From NCBI GenBank assembly GCA_964016885.1, contig OZ024742.1, positions 200,012,001-200,076,000 of the forward strand: DNA of 64,000 nt, given 5' to 3'. The first letter of the stretch is position 1. Each line of letters starts with the position of its first letter. Shown here piece by piece: positions 38,853 through 50,357 of this stretch. Made by a program: the position numbers and the translations under genes. Source of the stretch: Eledone cirrhosa. Taxonomy: Eukaryota. The notes beneath the pieces are model-generated. The model was not told where the DNA came from, searched no databases, and worked only from the letters and a program-made list of their open reading frames with translations.

Positions 38853-39202
38853 ATGCCAACACATGAGCAAGAATGAAGGGTTTATTCTACTGATATGGCT
38901 ATAAAATTGAGACTTGTTTGCATAATTGCAAACGAATCGAATGTTATTATTAATATTCGTAAAACTCAGATTACATTTATTGTATTCAGCCATGTAGAAC
39001 GAAAATTTTCTTTTTTATCTTACAAAATTAATTCGAGGCTATTTTCAAAACAATTTTACCATGATCTCAAGTAGTGAGAAAGAACCAGGATAATTAAGGC
39101 TGTGAGTCTAAATTCTTAATAATTCGAACATGAACATTTAAATTATTTGATTTATTTTAAATTTCAAAATATTTTTATATCTGTCAATGAAATCTTTTAC
39201 AA

Positions 39203-39580
39203 AAATGACCCGAGGCTAGAGAAAAAAGACGCCCAAAATACCACGACACGAGGCTATAGAAAATAACGCCCAAAATCCTACGACTCGAGGCTATGGGAAA
39301 AGACGCAGAAAATACCACAAGACAAGGCTATGGAAAATAACGCTCAAAATGCTATGACCCGTAGCTATGGAAAAATGACGTCCAAAATACCACGACCCGA
39401 GGATAAATAAAAAGACGCCCAAAATGCCACAACCCGAGGCTATAGAAACAGACGTCCAGAATTCCACGAAACGAGGCTATGCAAAAAGAAGTCCAGAATG
39501 CCAGAACCCGAGGCTGTGGGAAAATGACGTCCAGAATGCCACGACCCGAGGTTATCGGAAAGGACGCCCAAAATGCCACG
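39203..39580 (+). repeat. About 37-38-bp minisatellite, about 10 copies
   Basis: Consensus ACGACCCGAGGCTATGGAAAAAGACGCCCAAAATGCC. Confidence 0.9.
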
Positions 39581-39843
39581 CAAATCTGAAATCTCGTGGT
39601 TGTAAAGCAAACTTGATTATTCGACCATGTCTCGTCGAACACTATATTCAATATGTTAGTTTAAACTGTTATTCTTTTATTATTTGAATGGTTTCAGTAA
39701 TTCAGTGGCTTGCTGTAGTACCCACTTAACTTAGATCATATGGACATTAGAACTTTTTTTTACCAAATTTGGTACTTACTTTTATCGATCCGTTTTTTGA
39801 TGTACCTCTAAATTAGGAGACATAAACACAGACACATGTATAT

Positions 39844-39962
<119 letters not shown>

Positions 39963-40009
39963 TATATATACATATATATATATACATGTGTATGTATATA
40001 TATATATAA

Positions 40010-40052
<43 letters not shown>

Positions 40053-40135
40053 GTGTATGTATATATATATATTACTTCAAAATATGAATAAATATAGACA
40101 TTCATGTGATCAAATATATTTTATTATACATATAG

Positions 40136-40200
40136 ATTTTATTATACATATTTCAGATATACTGAGCTATTTCAGCAGTACGTCCTCATCAGATAAAATA
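40136..40200 (-). ncRNA. Type I hammerhead with ~10-bp stem II
   Basis: attttat-CTGATGA-GGACGTACTG-11nt-CAGTATATCT-GAAA-T-atgt-A-TA^ataaaat. Same family as 63001. Confidence 0.75.
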
Positions 40201-40618
40201 AGTTGATGCTTGAAATACCTTGACTATGTTGATGGTTATAATTTAGTCATGGCAGTGATTAGTTATGACAAAAGTCGTAATATTAATAACTCCAGAAAAC
40301 CTTACTGTAGAGTGCTTATAATCTATTGTGAAACTTTATTCATTGATGAATTCATTGAACCTTGTTAAACTTTTAATTATATATATATATATATATATAA
40401 TTAAGTTAAAGTGTACATCTACATATGTATACGGAAGTACTAGTATGCATATAAATACACACATGTATACATATGTACATGTACTGAGTTTTTCACTAGA
40501 CACTTTACAGTGAGTGTCCAGCTAGTCTGTATGTAACCACACAGACGGACCGGGTTTTAGAGTCATACGAGTTTTCAAGGAAACACATTTCCTCTATTCT
40601 CCAGAGAGCCAGACAGGA

Positions 40619-40661
40619 ATATTGGACTAGTTTCGATGTTATTACATCTCATCAGCAATAT
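40619..40661 (-). ncRNA. Minimal type I hammerhead, fully canonical core
   Basis: atattg-CTGATGA-GATG-taataa-CATC-GAAA-CTAG-TC^caatat. It has a G10.1-C11.1 pair, a GUC triplet and a palindromic stem III. Confidence 0.92.
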
Positions 40662-40785
40662 ATACCCATCTTCTAGAGAATTGTAAAAGCACATATCGTT
40701 ATATGCTTTTTCTATGAAAATTAGTAGTGGGTAGACTAATTTGCATAGAACGTGAGTCATTGTACGCATCGGTTCAGCGGAAACG

Positions 40786-40930
40786 ATAAAAACAAATAAC
40801 GAAACGAAATTAAATTTCGTTTCGCTTCTAACTCACTTTTGTATGACTGACGCTTTGTTTAAGCGTCAGTCATACAAAAGTGAGTTAGAAGCGAAACGAA
40901 ATTTAATTTCGTTTCGTTATTTGTTTTTAT
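40786..40930. repeat. Perfect ~70-bp-arm palindrome; fold-back end of the element carrying the 40619 HHR
   Basis: ..GACTGACGCTT-tgttt-AAGCGTCAGTC.. It contains an ACGAAAT..ATTTC motif resembling family Y. Confidence 0.9.
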
Positions 40931-40942
40931 ATATATATATAT

Positions 40943-41150
40943 AGGAAAATGTTTAACCCCGACGACAGAACTCAAGCCGTTTTTCGACGGTTATTTCTGG
41001 ACTGAAACAGCCGTCTGGACTGAAATAGCCCGTCCAGAAATAGCCGTCGAAACGGGTTGAGCTCTGCCGTCGGGGTTAAACATTTTCCTATTACCCACTC
41101 TACTACTGCGCTATGGTCCATCTGGTTCCTTACCACACCTCCTTCGTTAT
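40943..41150 (+). mobile_element. Family X fold-back with stuttered stem II
   Basis: TCTGGACTGAAA(C/T)AGCC is repeated at the inversion point. Confidence 0.8.
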
Positions 41151-41322
41151 ATATATACAAGGGATAACAAAATATTGTTATAGGTAATCCAGTTAGAAGT
41201 TGTGAATACTTCTTATTGTGGATATTTTTAGCGTACGGCGTTGTTTGACTCAACAAGAGGTTTACGTAGATGGCGAGTGTACGATTTCACTTGTATTCCT
41301 ATGTAAGTTTATCTTGGAATAA

Positions 41323-41637
41323 TAAAATTGAAAAAGTGAAGAATGACATGGTCAACAGTACAAAAAAGGGGATTTATTTACAGTCTAACAATTGTTTCTC
41401 TGATTAAATTGTCTAAAAATTGCTGAACACTAGAAGCAGTGCCACACAATTTTAAATATGATGCTAGCTCAATCAGAACACCATAGTCTCTGGTGTTCTG
41501 ATTGAGCTTGCAGCGTATTTAAAATTGAGTGGCACTGCTTCTAGTGTTCAGCAATTTTTAGACAACTTAATCAGAGAAACAATTGTTAGACTGTAAATAA
41601 ATTCCCCTTTGTTGACCATGTTATTCTCCACTTTTTC

Positions 41638-41645
<8 letters not shown>
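41323..41645. mobile_element. About 160-bp-arm fold-back carrying a variant hammerhead
   Basis: The arms meet at about 41484, at the 5' edge of the HHR. Confidence 0.85.
41485..41592 (+). ncRNA. Variant hammerhead (CUGGUGU core, extended stem II)
   Basis: agtct-CTGGTGT-TCTGATTGAG-~60nt-CTTAATCAGA-GAAA-CAATTG-TT^agact. Confidence 0.6.
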
Positions 41646-41699
<54 letters not shown>

Positions 41700-41715
41700 G
41701 AGGTGTAACACACGA

Positions 41716-41850
41716 GTTGCGCATTTCTAATGCTTTTCAAAAATAATTTTGAGATAGAGCGCTCGTGATGTTTGCTCTAATCAGATTAGAGCCAACATCA
41801 CGGGCGCTCTATCTCAAAATTATTTTTGAAAAGCATTAGAAATGCGCAAC
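41716..41850. repeat. About 67-bp-arm palindrome
   Basis: GTTGCGCATTTC...CTCTAATC-a-GATTAGAG...GAAATGCGCAAC. Confidence 0.9.
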
Positions 41851-41968
41851 CGGTAAAAACTTAAAACTAAAACTGAATACTAACTAATACTTATTACTAA
41901 TTTATACTTATTCCTAATTAAAGTATTTTTCACTGGGAAAAATTTGTCAGCATTTTCTTTTCCTTTTA

Positions 41969-42073
<105 letters not shown>

Positions 42074-42486
42074 CTGTTGTTTACTAGTTCTTTTCAGAAG
42101 AGTGCCATCCCTTCATTGAACATTGCACGATCATGGGCACGCAGGTGACTTTTCAGACCCGCATTTGCTTTGCCGGTACGTTCACAGATGTGACACTTGA
42201 ACTGTTAGTCTCCCGATAAAACCGGCTGGTGTGTGTCTTCGTGCATTTTACCAAGTCTGGTCAGTCGTTGACTTGCAAATTAAGCCACACTCACTGAAAA
42301 TGTACCTTAGAATGTGTGGCGGTAGAATCATCTCACAGTTGGCTCCATTTCTCTCTGGTTCGTGTGATTTCAAATGGTTAACAAAACCAGATCTTGTTAG
42401 AAGAAATCAGCCACATACATTGCACCTCAATTCATGCTAAATTTTTGCAGGCATTTTACTTGATTCCCGCTTATGAATGTTAAAGA

Positions 42487-42805
42487 CACCCCTTCGGTCA
42501 CGAATGACCATGAAATTTGCACCTAGGAAGTTCCCATCCGAGGCACAAGTCCGAGCAAGGTTCTTTGTGGAAGAGCAGCAGTCACCCATGCACACCAGTC
42601 TCCCCTCTCCACGGCACCGATGTTGTCCAAGGGAAAGGCAATAGCCGATACAGCTATAGCAATTCATTTTTACAGCTGAGTGAACTGGAACAACGTGAAA
42701 AATAAAGTGTTTGCTCAAGGACACAGCGCAACACCCGGTCTGAGAATCGAACTCACAACTTCCCGATTGCAACCTCAAAGCTCTAACCGTTAAGCCATGT
42801 GCCTT
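42487..42805 (-). mobile_element. SINE family B, full length
   Basis: tRNA-like head with GAGTTCGATTCTC, then GTGTCCTTGAGCAAACACTTTA and a 3' end GACCGAAGGGGTGTC. Confidence 0.8.
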
Positions 42806-42819
42806 CACACCACACACGC

Positions 42820-42942
<123 letters not shown>

Positions 42943-43786
42943 GAAATCCCCTCTCACCTCAATTTTATATACTCTTTACACGGACAAAATTGACCAATAT
43001 TCCCACAGCATTGTGAATTTAACTGAACTCATTATTTTCATGACTTCTACCCTCATTTCCATCTCGATGTATGTATGTTTTTTTATGGTTTTATAATTTC
43101 ACAAATTTGTACCAATAGAGAGAGAGTCGGTTTCTAACATAGACACAAGACTCTCTCATTGGAATTTACACAACATCAACTAGGTAGATATGTATGTATG
43201 TCTGCATGCATGCATGTGTAGATATGGATCTAATTGTATGTGTGAATGTGAATGTTTTGAGTTCTATGTGTGCATGTGTATATGCTTATTATCTGTACAT
43301 GTGTATATGCAGTTATTAGATGCAAAATGTTTTACATACTTTTACTGTTCCATTAATGGATTGTACTTGTAATTTCCTAACTAGTTGTGTATGTATGTAT
43401 GTATGTATGTATGTATGTTGGTATGTTCTTCTGGTTTTATAATTTCACAAAATGTTTACCAATACTGAAACTATCTACCGGTCGCAACTCCGGGCAGAAG
43501 GAGTGGGCGGGGGGGAATAAAATATTTTGTTCAAGAACTCAACACACCACCCGGTTGTGGGATTGAACACCCGAGCCGTGCTTATTTATGATCGGGATTA
43601 CCACACGTGAGCTGTTTGGCCAAGCATTCCACTGGGTATTAAATATTGATTTTCTTATGGCTTCAACCTTTTAAACTGAAAATTTTCGGTTGTGGGATCG
43701 AACGCACGAGCCTATTTATGATCGATTGTGCAGCAGCTTTTCTAATGGTGTTCAATTTTGTTCATCTGAAGATTTCTAATTCAAAA

Positions 43787-43917
43787 GAGAAATATGGAAC
43801 AACCTACTCAAGAAATTATCTTGTGAGTGGCTGATTAATCTCCCTGAGAATTATGCAAGGGTACACGTGTCAGCCACTCACAAGATAATTTCTTGAGTAG
43901 GTTGTTCCATATTTCTC
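43787..43917. repeat. 48-bp-arm inverted repeat
   Basis: GAGAAATATGGAAC..GTGGCTGA / TCAGCCAC..ATATTTCTC with a 35-nt spacer. Confidence 0.88.
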
Positions 43918-44414
43918 GAAGCAAACATAGATCACCCCCGAGACTATGTCCAAGATGCCACGCGGTAGGATCGAACCCAGCAACTAGTGGGTGCGGTGTT
44001 CTCTTATTACCCATCAGCTAAGCTGCGTTCACAAAAGAGATATATGTTTTTTTTTTTGAGATGGCGAAAATGATAGATCTCTTTTGACGCGAAAGAAATA
44101 AGATTTGAAAAAATAAAACGAATATATGAATAACAAGTATAAAAATATATATAAACAAATATAAAATTAAATATAAATATAAAATATAAAAAGTAAAATA
44201 TATATATATATATAAAATTAATATCCCCATGAAAAGTAATTCCAAGACTTTTCGTGAGGATAAAGATTCTTTATTATAATGTTTGGAATCATGTGTGTGT
44301 GTTTGTGACTGTGTATGCATGTCTGAATGAGTTTGTATTTGCATGTATGTATGTAAGTATGTATGTTTGTATGTATGTATGTACGTATGTATGAATGCAG
44401 GTAGGTAGGTAGGT

Positions 44415-44485
<71 letters not shown>

Positions 44486-44494
44486 TACATATAT

Positions 44495-44663
<169 letters not shown>

Positions 44664-44904
44664 GCATATATCTTCTTTCTGACATATCTATCTATCAAGC
44701 TAGCTATAATATACCACACACACGCACAAATACACACACAAACACAGACACAGACACACACTCACACACACACATGCACACACACACACATTCACACACT
44801 CCACGAAAACACACACACACACACTTGTATATATGATGTGTGCTTGTTCATATTTATTTGTACATGTTTGTGGGTATGTGTATATAGACACTCCGTATAG
44901 ATAC

Positions 44905-45145
44905 AACATGGCCGAATTGTTAGGAAGTTTGCTACACAATCATGAGGTTACGGGGTCGATCCCATTCCAAGGTATCTTGGAATAAAGATATTTCATCCCT
45001 TGGGTCGCGAAAGTGAAATTGAGTAGACGGAAACTATTTGGAAGTTCGTCAGCTGGACAAGGCCTGTAATTCAAAGGGCCGGCTCTATCGCGTGATGTCT
45101 CATGCTCTACCTCCCTGAAGAGTCTGGAATACTCAACCACTTATC
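44905..45145 (+). mobile_element. SINE family B-related, decayed
   Basis: tRNA-like head (TGGCCGAATTGTTAGG, GGGTCGATCCC) and a tail shared with the 2.1-kb copy. Confidence 0.5.
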
Positions 45146-45659
45146 CTATATTACATGCTGGACTGCATATGTCGGAGCAATTTAGTTCATTGAAAATGTC
45201 ATTTCAGTCATCCAATCAGGTGTTTTATTTAATGAGTTTGCAGGTGATCCATCCCTGCCTCATTCGTTACTTAAAAAAGAAATATCTATGCACCATGCCT
45301 CACGTTTTTAACAGTATCCGTGGAGGGAAGAAACCTGTGGATGGCATGAATAACATATATGAATTTGATCGAGGTGAGACCTACCCCCCCCCCCCCAAAA
45401 AAAAAAAAATATATATATATATATATATAAAGATATAAACAATATATTTTTATTTTTTACTTTACTTTTTATTTTATCTTTATTATAATAAAACTTTAAT
45501 TTAGATTTTTTTACTATGATTACATTCATGTATTGAATTAATAAAGGAGGTTAACATGACTTTAGTAATATTTGTTTCCCTTTTCGAATAGTTAGTGTAA
45601 ATTTACTTGCTTATATTACAAATATCGTATTGGTTTTATGTTTTGAACTGATATTAAAT

Positions 45660-45990
45660 AATTGTTTCTACTTTTGGCACAAGGCCAGCAATTATCTCAG
45701 CGTATTACTGGTACTTTATTTTATCGACCCCGTAAGGATGAAAGGCAAAGTTAAGCTCGGCGGGATTTGAACACAAAATGGCAAGGGCCGTAACTCTATG
45801 CATCAAAGCATGGTGTCTGACTCTCTATCAATACTGCCAATCCACAATGATCCCGCCGAGGTTAAGCTTTGCCTTTCATCCTTACGGGGTCGATAAAATA
45901 AAGTACCAGTCACACACTGGGGTCGATTTAAAATTACTGGCCGTGTGCCTAATCTAGAAACAATTATTATTATTATTATTATTATTATTA
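45660..45990. mobile_element. Head-to-head SINE family A pair (45660-45845 on -, 45849-45990 on +)
   Basis: The core motif appears on both strands. Confidence 0.82.
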
Positions 45991-46068
45991 ATATTTATTA
46001 TCAGTGAAAAAATTAAAACCAATACAGTATTTGTAATATAAACAAGTAAATATACAGTAACCATTATG

Positions 46069-46130
<62 letters not shown>

Positions 46131-46385
46131 CATAATAATAATGTTTTCTTTATTAACCACAAGGGTTCACATAAAGTAGACATTAAGGACAGTACAGGAC
46201 AATACAGGACGGTACAAATGGGCATTTCTGCGTGTAAAAAAACAGAGGTTGAAATAAAATAACAAAGAAAAATTCCCCAATAGGGAGGAGACTTCCAAGG
46301 GACATTTGTGGAGAAAGCCCATTAAAAGACCACAGTGGCCCTGACCACCAGGGCAAGTGCCCTCTCCCAGTTTTCCACCTTTAAT

Positions 46386-49300
46386 TTACAGACACATACT
46401 CAGAGAAGGCCCATTCATTCGGGCCATACTTGCTTCTCTCACCCATCTTTCAACAAAATGCTGGGAAGAGAGCACTTCCCTCTCTACCCTGATTTTCCTT
46501 TTCAAATGAAATTTGAAAAAGTTAATCAGGGCATCACCGAAGAGGTAAGTGCTCGTCTTCAGCCCTTTCAAACGTGTCCACCATACTATCTCTTTCGCCA
46601 TGGCCACCAGACAGATAAAAACTGCCTGCCCTTCCAGGCTAAAGGAAGGGGGCGGGGCAATCCTCACGATGGACTCAGCTGATAGCTGGATCCGTCCTAC
46701 ACGTGACAGCAGGTGTTCGACATAAACCCACAAGTCAGCAATGCTCGGACACTGGACGAGTGCGTGCAGGACGGTTTCGTCGCCCTGCGCGCATCTCGGA
46801 CATGCCCGGCTGACGGCACCTCCATGCCTGTAGAGTTTATCCCGAACTGGCAAAGCTCCTCGGTAGCACTGCCAGGCCAGGGATTTCTGGAAGTTGTCCA
46901 TAGGCCCCGGCCCGAAAGTCCTTCCGAAGAGATTGGCTAGTTGATTTTCGTCGACGCCTAGAGTTTCTCCAAGTACGTCGTCGCTCTTCCCCTCCACTAA
47001 TCCCCTATAGAACGCCAAGGTGGAGTTTCCACCGATCACATTGCCCGATTGGTCGAGGGCTGTAAGCGCCTGAAGACATTCCAGTCTCCAAGCGCTCCCT
47101 CTCGGTCTTCGCTTGACCCAGGACTGCAGCTCCGTCAAGGAGACGAGCTGGGGAAAAACGTATCTTGCAAACGGCGACCACACCTGATCACCGTCGAGGA
47201 AGAGGTGGAGATGTCGTAGCCTGAGCGCGTGTCTGCGCATCATCAGCCACGGCATGCCCAGCCCTCCACGTAGCGGGTGTTGACAGCAGATGGACCGCCT
47301 GACCATCGGAGCGCGTCCCTTCCACAAGAAGCGAAAGAGCAAACGCTCCAGCGCAGTCAGGCGGAGCTTAGGACAAGGTACGACGGTCAGGCGGTAGTAG
47401 ATGACGGATGCGATGTACGCATTTGCCACCTCCGCTCGACCTTTCCGCTTCCTCTCGGCCCATTTCTGGGTGAGAGAAGCCACCCTGCTCGTCACCTCGT
47501 CCCAGTTTTTGTCCGTCTGGAGGTCTGGACCGAACCAGACCCCTAGCAATTTAACCGGTCCGTCCGTCCAGCGCCCGACGACGCTGTTGGACGGCATGGA
47601 CCTGCCTCTCCAGGTGCCGAGCTTCAGGCCCACTGACTTTTCCTGGTTGATCATTGCTCCTGTCACCGCTTCGTATTCTCTTAGTGTAGTGCCGATCGCC
47701 TCGATGTGTTTGGCGTTCGACACCACTACGGTGACATCGTCGGCATATGCTGACACGGATCTTCCGCATCCTAGTTCGCGCGGGACCCCTCTCAACGTCT
47801 CCAGTTTGTGCAGTAATGGCTCGAGAGTCAATACGTACAATAGGGACGAGAGGGGACATCCTTGGCGGACCGAGCGCATGATGTTGAACGGTTCCGAAAG
47901 GTGACCGTTCACTCTCACTACAGAGCAGATGTCGCTGTGCATGGCAGCGATCCAGCCTCTGAAGACGGGCCCAAAGCCAGCCGCCCTCAGGACTGCCGTT
48001 AGGTAACGATGGTCGACCCTATCGAAGGCTTTCGACTGATCTAAATTGATCAAAGACCCACCCGTGCCAGGTTCCCTAGCTACCCTCTCTACGATGTATC
48101 GCATGAGGTGGAGGTTGTCGTGGATGGATCTGTCGGGAATGGCGCATGTCTGTGCCTCTCCCACCAGACCACCAACGACAAGCGCCAACCTCTGTGCTAG
48201 CACCTTGGCCAAAATCTTGAACTCTGTGTTTAGCAGAGTTATGGGCCTAAAATTATCTATGTTATCCCCCTTGTTCGGATCCTTTCTCAGCAGCGCCACC
48301 GCTCCTCGGCTCACAGAGCTGGGAATTCTCCCGTTCTGTTGCCAGTTGCAGTAGACGTCCGCCAAGAGGCCTCCGAACAAGTTTGGCATTTGTACGTAAA
48401 GTTCATAGGGCAGACCATCCAAACCAGGCGATTTACCCCTTGTGCAACTAGTCATTGCATCCCGTACTTCAGCGGTTGTTATCGGCTTTTCGCAACACTC
48501 CGCCTCAGTGGCCGAAAGCCGCGGCAGTCCGTCGAGGTAGACACTAAAGTCCATCCCTCGATCCGGCCCGCCACTGCCCCCGAACAGTTGAGCGAAGTGT
48601 CGCTGAAAAGCTTCACACATTTGCCCGGGATCGAGTAGCATGCGCCCGTCGTGGTCCACCAAAGACCGGATCGTGGCTTTGTTGCCACGACGCGCCTCCG
48701 CCACTCGGGCCCATTGAACGGCTTTCGTCCCCTCGTGTCTGAGAGCACGCACCCTAGCTCTGACAACGCAGCCTTCGTGCTTTGCATTGAAGAATTGGTC
48801 AAGGGCCAATTTCGCCGCAAGTACGTCGGTCGCGATGCCTTTGCTAAGCGCCTCATCTAATTTTCTAACTAATTCTCCCTCTGCTCTATTTTTCTCTATT
48901 GCTAAAGTCTTACTAAACCTAATGGACTCTATTCTAATTGCTCTTTTCAGAGCAAACCACCACTTGTTGTTGACGATGGCCCCCGTCAACGCCCGCTTAA
49001 CTAGTTCGCTAATCCGGTCTCTGTAGGCCTTGCGCGCTGGTAAGGACGCGTTTAGCTTCCAGTAGCCGGGTCCTCGTCTATGAAGCCTATCTAAGTCAAG
49101 CACACAGATCACGAATGTGTGGTCCGTGTAGCTGACTATCTTGAATTGTGGACAGCCTATGCTAGACCTATCTATTTCCCTACAAAATACTCTATCTAGA
49201 TATGATCTGGATGACCCTATGCGATTTGTCCAAGTCCACATTGGTACATTCGGGAAATCCATTCGGTACCTGTCAGACAGTTCAAAACGTCTGAGCAGGT

Positions 49301-49799
49301 TGGTGAGACTCTTGCACCCTCCGTCCCTATCCACTAATCCCACACAATCCCAGCGTGCATCTAAGATCCCGTTCCAGTCGCCCACTAACACTAAAGAGCG
49401 GGATGTTCCAAGAAAGGTCTCCAGACGCCGGAAGAAATCAGGCCGCCCTGCTCCTGTCGGGGCATAGACGGCCACTAACCTGAAAGCTTGCCCGTCTCCG
49501 CTGGTCACGTCCAGCACCACCAACTTACCTTCTGGGTCCAGGAAGATGGCCCGTATGGCAAGATCCAAACCTCTCCGAAAAAGCATAGCAACTCCGCCCC
49601 CCGATCCCGGACGGCTGGGAGATGCGTACACATCGTAGCCGCCGAAGATCGGTGCGAAAGCCTGTGCTTCGGAGATTCTGGTCTCGCTGATGGCCACTAC
49701 ATCTATGTTTAGTGACCTGAGGTCGTTGAGCAGGTGGCCCTGCTTCCATGACGACCCCAAGCCACGCGCATTTATGCTGCCTATTCTGAGTGAGGTCAT
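46386..49799 (-). CDS. LINE ORF2: APE endonuclease + RT + zf-RVT (Tx1/L1 clade), 1137 aa
   Basis: APE motifs: SINARGL, ISET, VYAP, GDWN, SYLDR, TDH. Also WKLN. RT motifs: KSPGLDG, FRPITLLN, DQSKAFD, QGCPLS, AYADD, LLGV. C-terminal CPRC..ETVLHALVQC. Confidence 0.95.
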   Translation of the reverse strand: MTSLRIGSINARGLGSSWKQGHLLNDLRSLNIDVVAISETRISEAQAFAPIFGGYDVYASPSRPGSGGGVAMLFRRGLDLAIRAIFLDPEGKLVVLDVTSGDGQAFRLVAVYAPTGAGRPDFFRRLETFLGTSRSLVLVGDWNGILDARWDCVGLVDRDGGCKSLTNLLRRFELSDRYRMDFPNVPMWTWTNRIGSSRSYLDRVFCREIDRSSIGCPQFKIVSYTDHTFVICVLDLDRLHRRGPGYWKLNASLPARKAYRDRISELVKRALTGAIVNNKWWFALKRAIRIESIRFSKTLAIEKNRAEGELVRKLDEALSKGIATDVLAAKLALDQFFNAKHEGCVVRARVRALRHEGTKAVQWARVAEARRGNKATIRSLVDHDGRMLLDPGQMCEAFQRHFAQLFGGSGGPDRGMDFSVYLDGLPRLSATEAECCEKPITTAEVRDAMTSCTRGKSPGLDGLPYELYVQMPNLFGGLLADVYCNWQQNGRIPSSVSRGAVALLRKDPNKGDNIDNFRPITLLNTEFKILAKVLAQRLALVVGGLVGEAQTCAIPDRSIHDNLHLMRYIVERVAREPGTGGSLINLDQSKAFDRVDHRYLTAVLRAAGFGPVFRGWIAAMHSDICSVVRVNGHLSEPFNIMRSVRQGCPLSSLLYVLTLEPLLHKLETLRGVPRELGCGRSVSAYADDVTVVVSNAKHIEAIGTTLREYEAVTGAMINQEKSVGLKLGTWRGRSMPSNSVVGRWTDGPVKLLGVWFGPDLQTDKNWDEVTSRVASLTQKWAERKRKGRAEVANAYIASVIYYRLTVVPCPKLRLTALERLLFRFLWKGRAPMVRRSICCQHPLRGGLGMPWLMMRRHALRLRHLHLFLDGDQVWSPFARYVFPQLVSLTELQSWVKRRPRGSAWRLECLQALTALDQSGNVIGGNSTLAFYRGLVEGKSDDVLGETLGVDENQLANLFGRTFGPGPMDNFQKSLAWQCYRGALPVRDKLYRHGGAVSRACPRCAQGDETVLHALVQCPSIADLWVYVEHLLSRVGRIQLSAESIVRIAPPPSFSLEGQAVFICLVAMAKEIVWWTRLKGLKTSTYLFGDALINFFKFHLKRKIRVEREVLSSQHFVERWVREASMARMNGPSLSMCL

Positions 49800-49833
49800 G
49801 TTGAAAAGGAGTGGAAAAGATGGGAAAGACCAC

Positions 49834-50357
49834 TTACCTTACTTCTCGTAGGGGAAGGACGGCTTTTCCATCCTTTTCACTGCTTGTGGCCTCCTCAGGA
49901 AGGATGTCCTTATAAATCCTCCTGGAGAGTGCTTGTCGGAAGTCTCCGACGTCTTTGGGGAATTTTTGTTTTAGTGTCATGTACGTTTTCTGTGTGATGC
50001 GAGTGATTTGTATGTGTGGAGGTGGTGTGAATTTTGGGGTTGTTGTGTAGTCTTTTTCTGTGATGCTGGTGTTGTGTTGGATGTAGTGTAATAATTGCTT
50101 GTTGTTCAAATTTAATGCTGTGTAGTGTGTATCGTTTTGGTTGTTTTGTTTTGTTTGCGTTTGTTGTGGGTTTGTTTCTGTTTCGCATTTTGGTGACTTT
50201 TGTGGTGTAGGTGATGGTGGTGCTGGGGATAATGATGGTGATGGTGTTGGTGTTTGGGTTGATGGGGTTGGTGATGCCGGTGTGGATGGTGGCATATCTG
50301 TCCTAACTTTTTTGTTTCTTAGTTTATTTGTTTCCCTCTGTATTTTGTTTTTGTATT
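49834..50357 (-). CDS. Probable C-terminal part of Tx1 ORF1 (start lost)
   Basis: Open frame ending 35 nt upstream of the ORF2 ATG. It is P/T/S-rich, and its apparent start codon lies in the adjacent Dong fragment. Confidence 0.55.

Larger units (their letters stand above)
38337..38976. mobile_element. About 300-bp-arm inverted repeat with a hammerhead in each arm
   Basis: The near-identical ORF-track peptides at 38262(+) and 38766(-) reflect the inversion. Confidence 0.85.
46066..50357 (-). mobile_element. 5'-truncated Tx1/L1-clade LINE with (TTA)n tail
   Basis: Partial ORF1, ORF2, and a ~245-nt 3' UTR ending TTAATAAGAAAAC(ATT)n. Confidence 0.9.

Noticed and set aside
39203-39580. CRISPR-like periodicity of about 38 bp
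   Set aside because: The units are contiguous and degenerate with no unique spacers. The context is eukaryotic and there are no cas genes.
43758-43801. CTGAAGA..GAAA as a hammerhead
   Set aside because: There is no stem III or NUH spacing, and stem I is poor. At best it is a deleted relic.
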